64,000 nt of DNA from a virus, in IMG/VR virus record IMGVR_UViG_3300032282_001282, positions 22,284-86,283 of that record, one strand, 5' to 3'. The translations under genes and the position numbers were made by a program. The notes beneath the pieces are model-generated. The model worked only from the letters and a program-made list of their open reading frames with translations, did no database searches and was not told the origin of the DNA. Positions 55,563 through 63,660 of this stretch are shown one piece after another; the stretch's first letter is position 1; each line of letters opens with the position of its first letter.

Positions 55563-56969
55563 TTAGTGGAACATCAAGAAACTGTTTTCAACGTCTAGTC
55601 TATTAGCGGCACGATCCCCATGACCGGCCGGAAATATAACTACGTTCCATTTAGGTTTAGGTCCTTCGGGAATAGTCAACATCTGATCGTATGTAATAAT
55701 GGTGTCGGGATCAATCTTGTACTTAGCGGCAAGATTCTGTTTGAACTGATTCCACTCTGCTTCGCCTTTGATTTGTGTGCGACCTTTTTCATCTTTAACG
55801 TATTTGCCTTTGGCATCAGTTACAAACAAACCACGGAACATATCTTTAGGCAATGTTAGGCCTTGCTTAACAGTATTGCCAGCAGACTTGTGTATTTCAA
55901 TCTTTTTGTCTTGGCCACGTTTTGCACCAGAGCTAAAATTGATAATAAAGTTAGCAGGCTTTGAGCCAGTAGCAACATCAGCCATCTTTGTATAGGCATA
56001 AAACTTAACATCAGGGTTGGCATTGGCAACCCCGTATGCTAGATCTAAATATTCTTTAGAGAAGAAGTCACCGGCATCGTGCCAACGAACAACTAACTGG
56101 ATACCAGCTTTGTCTGTTTTACCTTTAACTTGTTTAATCTCTTGATTAACACGAGCTGTATATCCTTCTGGATCATTGACTAAGAAGTTTAATGCTTGTG
56201 CGGCACTCATTGAACTAGCAGGGAACATAACGTATCCGCCTTTACGTGCATAGCAAAACAATTGGCACTCACCTGCACCAGGACAAGTAGTAATTTCTAC
56301 AAAGTCGCCAGTTTCTTCATCGACAACAATACCGCTTAATGCTGGTAAAGTTAAATCGTATACAATTTCACCTTCTGTTTTACTTTTTTCCATCTTGGCA
56401 TTAGTACCAAGGATAGCACGTGGGCGAGTTGTAATTTGACGAGCTAGGTCATCTAAGTCCCATGCTTCGCCCGAGTCAGTAACGATAGCTTTAATGTTGC
56501 TACCGTGTATAATAGGATTGAATCTATCTTTTTTAGTTTTGGTTCCTGACTTGATACGGTCAGCATAACCTTGTAATTCATCGCGGCTCCAGTTACGTTG
56601 CGGAGCATTTAGTTTAATTGCTTCTGATAAACCTTCTAGATCTTCTGCTGGCCAGCTTTGATATGTTTTACCGTTAATATCACCAGCACGTACAACAAAC
56701 ACACCACCATTGTCATAGCCTTCGTCTTGACCAACTTCCCAACCCATTGCGGCTAGCGTTTGTTCGGCACGTGGATCTTCATCACCGTTCCACCATTGTG
56801 CGGCTAATTGATGTAGTAGTTCGTCTTCGTTGGGTTCGCGATCATCACCACCGGGTGGCGCAAATTCTTGAACATCTTCTGCGTCTTGATCTTGGATATG
56901 CACAGGCTTGACTGCAAAGCCGCCTAGTGTACGTTCTGTAATTTGTTGTTTAAATTCAAAGAATCTCAT
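55563..56969 (-). CDS. GP88-like protein with N-terminal extension
   Basis: N.KM.K; LPA; TCPGAG.C...CYA; VRWHDAGDFF; FYAYTK. Confidence 0.65.
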   Translation of the reverse strand: MRFFEFKQQITERTLGGFAVKPVHIQDQDAEDVQEFAPPGGDDREPNEDELLHQLAAQWWNGDEDPRAEQTLAAMGWEVGQDEGYDNGGVFVVRAGDINGKTYQSWPAEDLEGLSEAIKLNAPQRNWSRDELQGYADRIKSGTKTKKDRFNPIIHGSNIKAIVTDSGEAWDLDDLARQITTRPRAILGTNAKMEKSKTEGEIVYDLTLPALSGIVVDEETGDFVEITTCPGAGECQLFCYARKGGYVMFPASSMSAAQALNFLVNDPEGYTARVNQEIKQVKGKTDKAGIQLVVRWHDAGDFFSKEYLDLAYGVANANPDVKFYAYTKMADVATGSKPANFIINFSSGAKRGQDKKIEIHKSAGNTVKQGLTLPKDMFRGLFVTDAKGKYVKDEKGRTQIKGEAEWNQFKQNLAAKYKIDPDTIITYDQMLTIPEGPKPKWNVVIFPAGHGDRAANRLDVENSFLMFH

Positions 56970-57029
56970 AGTTAGTCATAAAAATAGGGTAACGATTGGT
57001 TACCCTAATATTTATCGCAAGATAGTTAA

Positions 57030-57851
57030 TTAGTCTGCCGAAGCTGACGAACCGCATTTAGCACGTTTGGCATTGGTCAATGCACCAAAGTCTACTCGCC
57101 ATTCTTGTCCAGGTGCTAGTTCTCGAGCATTAGCCGGGAATTTAAAATCAACGCCGGCTGTTTTTTCAATTTGTGCGATTGGTAAGCGGAATTTAGTTAG
57201 GTCATTGCCTAGGTTAGGATACGGTGCTGTATGTGGAAATGCCCAACCAGCAATTTCACCGGTAGCTTGGTTAATAACAATCTTATAAAAACCGTGCGGA
57301 ACAACTACACCCTTGCCAATTTTCTTATCATTAGCATCATATATACCACCAGCAATGATTGTGTATACCTGATTACGCTGTACTGCCCAACCACGTACAC
57401 TAGTTTCTAGTAATTTCCAGATACCACGATTTAAGCTACCAGCTTGTGGGCTCATGTTAGTCATTAAGAATGACTCAAATTCTACTTGTACGTCCCAACT
57501 TAGGTCACCATCGGGTGCCATATGTCCTTTATCGTAGCCTGTGCCAGCATAATCATCGGGAACTGGACCATTGGCAATACTTTGGTCTGCGGCAAACGCA
57601 TTAGTACGTGCTACGCAACCTAATGCGTTAGGTGGTGTTAATGTATAGGCTACATAGTTTGGTAACTTTGCGGCCGCATCATAGGCAACCAAGTATGCTT
57701 GTCGGCAAATAGGCTGTAGTTGACGTGCTGTTTGTGCAAAGCCATATGGCTGATGTACTCGACAAGCATCAACTGGATTAGGGGCTCGTTGTGTCCACGC
57801 AAATGTGGAGGTGGATAGTGTAAGTGCTAGAATAGCAATAATATGTTTCAT
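57030..57851 (-). CDS. secreted DNA/RNA non-specific endonuclease (NucA-type)
   Basis: Signal peptide; YDKGHMAP; SFLMTNMSPQ...LNRGIW..LE; VP..FYKIV. Confidence 0.9.
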   Translation of the reverse strand: MKHIIAILALTLSTSTFAWTQRAPNPVDACRVHQPYGFAQTARQLQPICRQAYLVAYDAAAKLPNYVAYTLTPPNALGCVARTNAFAADQSIANGPVPDDYAGTGYDKGHMAPDGDLSWDVQVEFESFLMTNMSPQAGSLNRGIWKLLETSVRGWAVQRNQVYTIIAGGIYDANDKKIGKGVVVPHGFYKIVINQATGEIAGWAFPHTAPYPNLGNDLTKFRLPIAQIEKTAGVDFKFPANARELAPGQEWRVDFGALTNAKRAKCGSSASAD

Positions 57852-57869
57852 TGAAAATCTCCGTTTGTT

Positions 57870-58811
57870 TTATTTATCGTAAGGGACTAATGCAGGTATG
57901 GTCTCTAATCCCCTGGCCCTAGCGGCTGTGGCACGGTGATTCCCATCTAAGACCCATCCTTCAGCGTCAGTAACAATGGGCTTATTTTTAATATCTTGTA
58001 AATGTATGTCTTCAACGTGATCCCAATTGATGTCAATGACTCGACGATAAGGATCATCCTGGTGTACATACTCGGGTGTCTTTAAACTACTAACAGGCAC
58101 GTTACGCAATACCCAAGTTTTGTGTTTTAGTATAGGCTTGGGCATATGATATTCATTATGTATGCCCTGTACATATTTTAAAACCTGGCGGCTTGTGTAA
58201 AGATTGCCTTCTTTACTGCTAACAGCATCTGCATCTTCTTCGAATACTGCCATTTCCATTTTAGTTGGCTCAACTTTGCCAAGCAATGCGGCATTTAGTT
58301 TATGTAATACCTGTTTATACTTTTCAGGTTTGTAAAGAATACCAATACCCCCATTGGCTTCCCACAGTTTGATGTTTGTGTCCCAATCATCAATTAGTAT
58401 GTTAGGTGTTCCATCAGCTTGTTTAGCAAATTTATACTTTTCGTGGTCAAATATAACTGCCTGGGGTTGGTGATTTTTTAAGTGTCGTTGAAGCCATTGC
58501 ATTTTTTCTTTGCTAGACTCCTCAACATTACTCATTAAGGGACTGCTAAGAATACTATACTTGCCGGCCAGTTGCACTATGCCCTTCATTAAGTTCATAG
58601 CATTTGGTAGCACAGGCAGGCCAGCAAAAAATTCAGGCTGTCTTGCTATCTGATCAATGCCTAGATCTTTACGATGTATTTCGCGCCAGTACGCAACATC
58701 GTGTTCACGTGCTACTTCACCAAAGAAATCAGCAAGAACACCATCCATGTCAACATACACTATTGGACGGGATCTTTCTTCTGTACCGGATTCAAATTGA
58801 AAAGACCTCAT
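57870..58811 (-). CDS. HAD 5'-nucleotidase fused to a ParB/Srx-like domain
   Basis: YVDMDGVLADF; ILSSP; ILIDD; C-terminal PIV....VLDGNHR..AA. Confidence 0.75.
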   Translation of the reverse strand: MRSFQFESGTEERSRPIVYVDMDGVLADFFGEVAREHDVAYWREIHRKDLGIDQIARQPEFFAGLPVLPNAMNLMKGIVQLAGKYSILSSPLMSNVEESSKEKMQWLQRHLKNHQPQAVIFDHEKYKFAKQADGTPNILIDDWDTNIKLWEANGGIGILYKPEKYKQVLHKLNAALLGKVEPTKMEMAVFEEDADAVSSKEGNLYTSRQVLKYVQGIHNEYHMPKPILKHKTWVLRNVPVSSLKTPEYVHQDDPYRRVIDINWDHVEDIHLQDIKNKPIVTDAEGWVLDGNHRATAARARGLETIPALVPYDK

Positions 58812-58837
58812 TAAGTATTTATAAGGTCTTTAACGTG

Positions 58838-58945
58838 TTACTTGTAAAGTTTTTGTGCGTCTTTCCAGCGACCTTGACGGGTGTGGTAGCAAGCGGCACG
58901 AGCTTGGCCTATTGCTTCAAAAAATTTCCAGATTGCCTTGATCAT
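58838..58945 (-). CDS. 35-aa small protein
   Basis: MIKAIWKFFEAIGQARAACYHTRQGRWKDAQKLYK; ATGA overlap. Confidence 0.45.
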   Translation of the reverse strand: MIKAIWKFFEAIGQARAACYHTRQGRWKDAQKLYK

Positions 58946-59112
58946 AGTCCACGACCCCAGTATTGTGCTTCGCTGTCGTATTGACGTTGCCAGTAGTCTA
59001 CTTCTGCGGCATTGGTTGGATTTTTGCTGTTGATATACTGTTCCAAACGAGTTTGATAAGCCTGTTTTGGAAACATCTCTGCCAGACGTTCTAATATTCG
59101 TTCTAATAACAT
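58942..59112 (-). CDS. 56-aa small protein (DUF3563-like)
   Basis: Not in the ORF track. MLLERILERLAEMFPKQAYQTRLEQYINSKNPTNAAEVDYWQRQYD; SD AGGA upstream. Confidence 0.55.
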   Translation of the reverse strand: MLLERILERLAEMFPKQAYQTRLEQYINSKNPTNAAEVDYWQRQYDSEAQYWGRGL

Positions 59113-59205
59113 TTTGTGTTTTTCCTATATTTTTGTAGAGACTCATGGTTTCTACTTAGATATTTATGCTGTAGAGCAACACAAAATGTTAAAGTTTTAT
59201 GACAC

Positions 59206-59796
59206 CTATCTGCGAGTGATAATTTCATCTACTAGTCCATAAGCCAGTGCTTCTTCGGCACTCATAAAGAAGTCGCGTTCCATGTCCATGGCAAATTCTT
59301 CGTATGTTTTACCTGCAGAGTTATGGTCAACATAAATCTGTGTCAGGTAATGCTTCATCTTCAAGATTTCCTGGGCCTGGATCTGTATATCAGTTGCTTG
59401 ACCACGTGCTCCACCGCTAGGTTGATGAATCATATGACGTGCATGGGGCAACATTAGTCTTTTGCCTGCGGCTCCTGCGGTGCTAAGAAGACTTCCCATA
59501 GAGCAGGCCTGACCCATAACAATGGTGCTAACATCGGGTTTGATAAACTGCATTGTATCGTAGATAGCCATGCCTGCTGTAACTGAACCGCCTGGGCTAT
59601 TAATGTAGAATAGTATGTCGGCATTTGGATCTTCACTTTCTAAAAAGAGTAATTGAGCTACTAGTAAACTAGCAGAGTGTTCGTTAACATCCGTATCTAG
59701 CATTACAATACGGTCTTTGAGTAATCGACTATAAATGTCGTAGGCACGTTCGCCATTGCTTGTCTTTTCCAAGACTGTAGGTACAAAATTAGGCAT
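59206..59796 (-). CDS. clpP: ATP-dependent Clp protease proteolytic subunit
   Basis: [12 protein letters not shown]; YINSPGGSV; ACSMGS (catalytic Ser); MIHQP; MERD.FMSA.EA..YGLVD. Confidence 0.96.
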   Translation of the reverse strand: MPNFVPTVLEKTSNGERAYDIYSRLLKDRIVMLDTDVNEHSASLLVAQLLFLESEDPNADILFYINSPGGSVTAGMAIYDTMQFIKPDVSTIVMGQACSMGSLLSTAGAAGKRLMLPHARHMIHQPSGGARGQATDIQIQAQEILKMKHYLTQIYVDHNSAGKTYEEFAMDMERDFFMSAEEALAYGLVDEIITRR

Positions 59797-59848
59797 AATT
59801 TCCTTTATAGTGAATTATAGCTAATTATACGGGATTATAGTTGGGGTG

Positions 59849-60334
59849 TCAACACCTGCGGAAATCTTGGTGCGTAAACCAACGCTTACGTCCATAACTG
59901 GTTTTTAAACGCAGGCCATAGTAATCAAAGCGATCACGCCACATAAAAAAACTAGGACCGTGGGCGCCAGATTCTGGCATAACGCCATCGTACTCTTCAA
60001 AACGTGTAAAGTCCCACTGATACTGATGTACCATTTCGTGGGCCAGGGTTTGTACAAACCACTGTGGGCAAAACCATTTATCACTTAGTTTAATAATACA
60101 GTGGCTACCAGTCTCTTGCTTTTCTTTTTCCCAAGAGCAAAAGCCCCAAGTTTGGCGCCGACTGCCCTGTTCAATATATGGTTGTTTTAAGCGGTTGTCA
60201 AATAGGTAACGATTACATATATTATATACGTAGTTTATTTCGTCATAGCTAGGGCGAAACTGCAAACGTCGCTGGTACGTTATACTTGGAAGCGGTGCTT
60301 CCATATATGCCCTAATGGGATTTGGTCTAGCCAT
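59849..60334 (-). CDS. SprT-like zinc metalloprotease
   Basis: N..LFD; TLAHEMVH; HGPSF. Confidence 0.8.
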   Translation of the reverse strand: MARPNPIRAYMEAPLPSITYQRRLQFRPSYDEINYVYNICNRYLFDNRLKQPYIEQGSRRQTWGFCSWEKEKQETGSHCIIKLSDKWFCPQWFVQTLAHEMVHQYQWDFTRFEEYDGVMPESGAHGPSFFMWRDRFDYYGLRLKTSYGRKRWFTHQDFRRC

Positions 60335-60337
60335 GTA

Positions 60338-60380
60338 AATGCCCTCGCTAAGGTATTTACATACTCCTTAGGAGGGCATT
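60338..60380 (-). promoter_or_regulatory. RBS-sequestering hairpin with a late-type promoter in its loop
   Basis: aatgccctc-ctaagg-[agtatgtaaata]-ccttag-c-gagggcatt just before the SprT ATG. Confidence 0.6.
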
Positions 60381-60411
60381 AAACTACTAGATTATATAAT
60401 AATGTGCGTAC

Positions 60412-61095
60412 TTATTGAACCGTAACTTGGCCGATTACAGCACCAGGTTTTTGTAGTGCTTCATCACGCTTACGCTTGTATTCCTCATTATCCACGGGCA
60501 TTAGCGTAATACCACGACCCTGTGTAGGAGTAGCATCAGATACAGGGCGACCAGTAGTAACTTCGTCTAGTTCGCGGAAGGCTTCTGGGGCACGGCGTTC
60601 AGCATCTTTAGTGGACTTCATGATATTGGCTTGACCAATTGGCAATGCTACCAATACATAAGTGCGGATACGATTGCCATCGGCCACGTGTTTCATCTCT
60701 ACAGTTTCGACACCAGTAATATCCACGTCCGGACATAGACTGCGTACAGTCAACTCAGATTGTTCAATACTAGCATCGCCATTGTCGTTACGATACATCT
60801 TCATTTGGCTACGAACCTTACCGCCTGCGGCAGTACAGATCTTTGCGTATGCAATAGTCTTGGCTTTCAGGTCTGCCATTGACATATCAATACTGGTAGC
60901 GGTGCCGTTTTCATAAACAGCATTGACGCTCTTAGGCAACTTGCTCATCCATTCAGGTGCTTCAGCGATAGCAGACTTTGCTTGTTTTTCCTGACGCTCG
61001 TACTGCTCTTTATATTGTTGAGCGTGATTAGAACCAGTGGTTCCACAGGCACTCAACAAACCTGCGACAGCTACAGCAAGGGCTAACTTCTTCAT
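60412..61095 (-). CDS. lipoprotein (LPP20-like)
   Basis: LSAC lipobox; APEW; A..KA; YVLV. Confidence 0.7.
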   Translation of the reverse strand: MKKLALAVAVAGLLSACGTTGSNHAQQYKEQYERQEKQAKSAIAEAPEWMSKLPKSVNAVYENGTATSIDMSMADLKAKTIAYAKICTAAGGKVRSQMKMYRNDNGDASIEQSELTVRSLCPDVDITGVETVEMKHVADGNRIRTYVLVALPIGQANIMKSTKDAERRAPEAFRELDEVTTGRPVSDATPTQGRGITLMPVDNEEYKRKRDEALQKPGAVIGQVTVQ

Positions 61096-61142
61096 TTCAT
61101 TACCTTTCGGTTGGTTACAATAACTACAGTTTACATTAATGG

Positions 61143-61706
61143 CTAATATTTGTCAATTACTTGCCATCTCGAATCTGGACGTTGGTCCAGTTTGCACATC
61201 ACACCTTGATACAAATAAAGGTTTTGGTCCTTGCCTTGTCTTTCAACAAACAAGCGACATTGAGCACCTTTATAGTTAAAGTATGGACGTTCCGCCGGGT
61301 TAGTATGGATCTCAGTTTCGGATTCCCAAACCATTTCTCCAACTCGAACACGACGAACTCGAATTTCTGGCACATCACTACATACCATTTGTGTGTCAGC
61401 TCGTACCTGGCTTGGTTCAACTTCGAGCAAGACTGTGCCTAGTCCAACATCACTGGCACGTACACAGGCTTCGCTTTCGGTTTTGGCCACTGCTGATCCT
61501 TCGGCGGTATGCCATTCTTCGCCAATGTGTATACGATATTGTACACTACATTTGAATCCTTTAGGGTCTGGTGCAACTATTTTTTGATAGTCAGTAGGAC
61601 CAGCATTAATGCCTTGTCTAGATAACTTAATGTCAGACCTTACATAGCACTCGGCTGTGGCCACACTACTTGCTAGTGCCAAACACAAAATAGTTAGACG
61701 TTTCAT
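61143..61706 (-). CDS. secreted Cys-containing protein
   Basis: Signal peptide; co-transcribed with the lipoprotein. Confidence 0.6.
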   Translation of the reverse strand: MKRLTILCLALASSVATAECYVRSDIKLSRQGINAGPTDYQKIVAPDPKGFKCSVQYRIHIGEEWHTAEGSAVAKTESEACVRASDVGLGTVLLEVEPSQVRADTQMVCSDVPEIRVRRVRVGEMVWESETEIHTNPAERPYFNYKGAQCRLFVERQGKDQNLYLYQGVMCKLDQRPDSRWQVIDKY

Positions 61707-61987
61707 TTGTATCTGTTTGGATTACTACAGCCAACACGCAAAGCCCAAATTATAGACCTTGCCCGTAAATTAAATAGCCTGTCATCGTTGTTTAGTGTTT
61801 CGGGCTCGACATTTAGTATGCCACGCATACGCAACTGATTCTCTGCCCAATCAACTACTTGGTCAATACGGTTACAGTCTGCGCCTGTTACCCGAACACC
61901 ATTCATTTGTTCAAGGCTGTAAGGAGCATACTGTGCCGTGGCCACAGTTGATGTAACTGCAACGACAAAGGCTACTGCCCATTTCAT
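61703..61987 (-). CDS. secreted hypothetical protein
   Basis: Signal peptide. Confidence 0.6.
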   Translation of the reverse strand: MKWAVAFVVAVTSTVATAQYAPYSLEQMNGVRVTGADCNRIDQVVDWAENQLRMRGILNVEPETLNNDDRLFNLRARSIIWALRVGCSNPNRYK

Positions 61988-62223
61988 ACAGTTTTAACTT
62001 TATTCTTAAGTAGACCTTCGATATGATGTCTAACAATCTTGCTTTCAATCATACTGATCATGTTGTTGAATGGCCAGTCCAAATAAAACGGACAGCCATC
62101 ACGCCAACTTTGCTTTTGCAAAAAATATTTGTATTCAGCAAGATCTTCCTTTTTACCGGCATCAAACTCACGCTTGGGCCAGTGGACTGTACTTACTCTA
62201 AATCGGTTACTTGTAAATTTCAT
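61984..62223 (-). CDS. hypothetical protein
   Basis: W..GCPF.L.WP motif. Confidence 0.55.
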   Translation of the reverse strand: MKFTSNRFRVSTVHWPKREFDAGKKEDLAEYKYFLQKQSWRDGCPFYLDWPFNNMISMIESKIVRHHIEGLLKNKVKTV

Positions 62224-62281
62224 AGTCTTTCCTTTTACTAAAAAGATACATCATTGTAACAATACTGCATTTTTTTGTCAA

Positions 62282-62617
62282 TTAGACAATTTTGGCTCGG
62301 CCATGATTATACCGGTCACTGAAAATTTTGTTGCCACGGTCACGAATCAAATCTACAGCCGTTTGGGGCGAGTCATCAAACATTTGACGCAGGTCCCGTT
62401 CGGAAATGGTTTCATCGACATGGATAGTATAAATTTCATAATGTCGTTGTGGGTTGGCACGAGCACGAAGCATCATCATTGATACCATGGTTCCAATTTT
62501 ATAATCGGGTTGTTCCCCTTTGAGCGTAGACCACATGATCTCCTTTTCGGCATTGGATACATTAATGCAAGCTTCGAGACCTTCACAGTCCCAGCTCAAA
62601 AGGAATACATTACTCAT
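62282..62617 (-). CDS. hypothetical protein
   Basis: WDC.GLE; LRARANPQRHYEIY. Confidence 0.6.
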   Translation of the reverse strand: MSNVFLLSWDCEGLEACINVSNAEKEIMWSTLKGEQPDYKIGTMVSMMMLRARANPQRHYEIYTIHVDETISERDLRQMFDDSPQTAVDLIRDRGNKIFSDRYNHGRAKIV

Positions 62618-62618
62618 T

Positions 62619-62843
62619 TTATTTTTTCTCGTTTAGTTTATCACGTGTTTCAAGAATGCTGGCTTGTATTTGAATTAATTTATAAAAACAAATTGCCATA
62701 AGCAATGATCCAACGGTTCCAAAAAGTTGAATAGGGGTTGGGTCAATGTAATCTAGCACGAGTCTGATGGTAACAGATAATGCTATCATCGCTAGTGTAA
62801 ACCCTGCGACTTGTAGGGTTGCTTTTACTGTATACTTGTTCAT
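62619..62843 (-). CDS. two-TM membrane protein
   Basis: Two hydrophobic helices; early promoter at 62885..62913. Confidence 0.6.
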   Translation of the reverse strand: MNKYTVKATLQVAGFTLAMIALSVTIRLVLDYIDPTPIQLFGTVGSLLMAICFYKLIQIQASILETRDKLNEKK

Positions 62844-62884
62844 AAATTCCTTTTCCGAAGATTGTTTTACATTACTACAGTTAG

Positions 62885-62913
62885 ATTATAGCATTATGGG
62901 AATTATTGGACAA
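62885..62913 (-). promoter_or_regulatory. early promoter with TTCCCA spacer
   Basis: TTGTCC-AATAATTCCCATAATGC-TATAAT. Confidence 0.7.
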
Positions 62914-62917
62914 CCAT

Positions 62918-62940
62918 AAAAAAAGCCCCTTGCGGGGCTT
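62918..62940 (-). terminator. terminator directly upstream of the early promoter
   Basis: aaaaaaagcccc-ttgc-ggggctt. Confidence 0.7.
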
Positions 62941-62964
62941 GGTTAGTGGGTACTAACTTGGGAA

Positions 62965-63192
62965 TTACTTAGCCTTGGCTACTGCAAAAAACTTAGTAAA
63001 ATCTACAGATTTTGAGTTCTCTACTACTTGCTTGGCCAACTCTAAATTTGTATCATAGATGGTTTTTACGAAGTCAGCTTGTGCTTCTACTAGAGTTTCT
63101 AGGTTAGCACGGATTGCCTTGTCTTCAACGTATGTCAAAGGTTGTTTTGTTGCTTTTGCTACTGCGTCTACTGTTGATTTGAAATTGAACAT
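62965..63192 (-). CDS. phasin-like amphipathic helical protein
   Basis: Ala/Lys-rich helical 75 aa; TGC-N3-GCA palindrome upstream. Confidence 0.45.
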   Translation of the reverse strand: MFNFKSTVDAVAKATKQPLTYVEDKAIRANLETLVEAQADFVKTIYDTNLELAKQVVENSKSVDFTKFFAVAKAK

Positions 63193-63287
63193 TTTATTTT
63201 TCCTTTATTAAGCGAAATGTTATTACAAGACCTGAACCATTCGGCATCTTGTTTACTGCTATACTAAGTATCTAGTATAACATTATT

Positions 63288-63306
63288 TATGTTGCAACGC
63301 AACATA
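63288..63306. promoter_or_regulatory. perfect palindrome resembling a PhaR box
   Basis: TATGTTGC-AAC-GCAACATA overlapping CATAAATA. Confidence 0.55.
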
Positions 63307-63397
63307 TTATAACAGAATATTACTCGTTTTGGGCAAAATAGTTTACATTAATAACTGTGTCGCTAAATATTATATCTATTCGAATAGGAGATTTAAA

Positions 63398-63655
63398 ATG
63401 GATTTTTCTACAATCGTTATTATTGCAATCGTAGCCGTAGTTGCTTATACTTTTTATAAAGCATTTGCTAAAAAAGCCGACACCAACCATGATGGTGTTG
63501 TAACTGCTGAAGAAGCTAAAGCCGAAGTTAAAGCTGAAGTTGCTAAAGTAGAAGCCGAAGTTAAAGTTGTTGCTACCAAAGCTAAGGCGGCCGCTACCAA
63601 AGCCAAAACAACAGTTAAAAAAGCTACCACACGTAAGCCACGAGCTGTTAAGTAA
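63398..63655 (+). CDS. membrane-anchored protein with EF-hand-like loop and Lys/Ala-rich tail
   Basis: SD AGGAG; TM helix; DTNHDGVVTAEE; AKAKAAATK repeats. Confidence 0.65.
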   Translation: MDFSTIVIIAIVAVVAYTFYKAFAKKADTNHDGVVTAEEAKAEVKAEVAKVEAEVKVVATKAKAAATKAKTTVKKATTRKPRAVK

Positions 63656-63660
63656 TACTA

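Noticed and set aside
58838-59146. 102-aa ORF as listed in the track
   Set aside because: Better explained by two coupled small genes (58942..59112 and 58838..58945) with an SD and ATGA overlap
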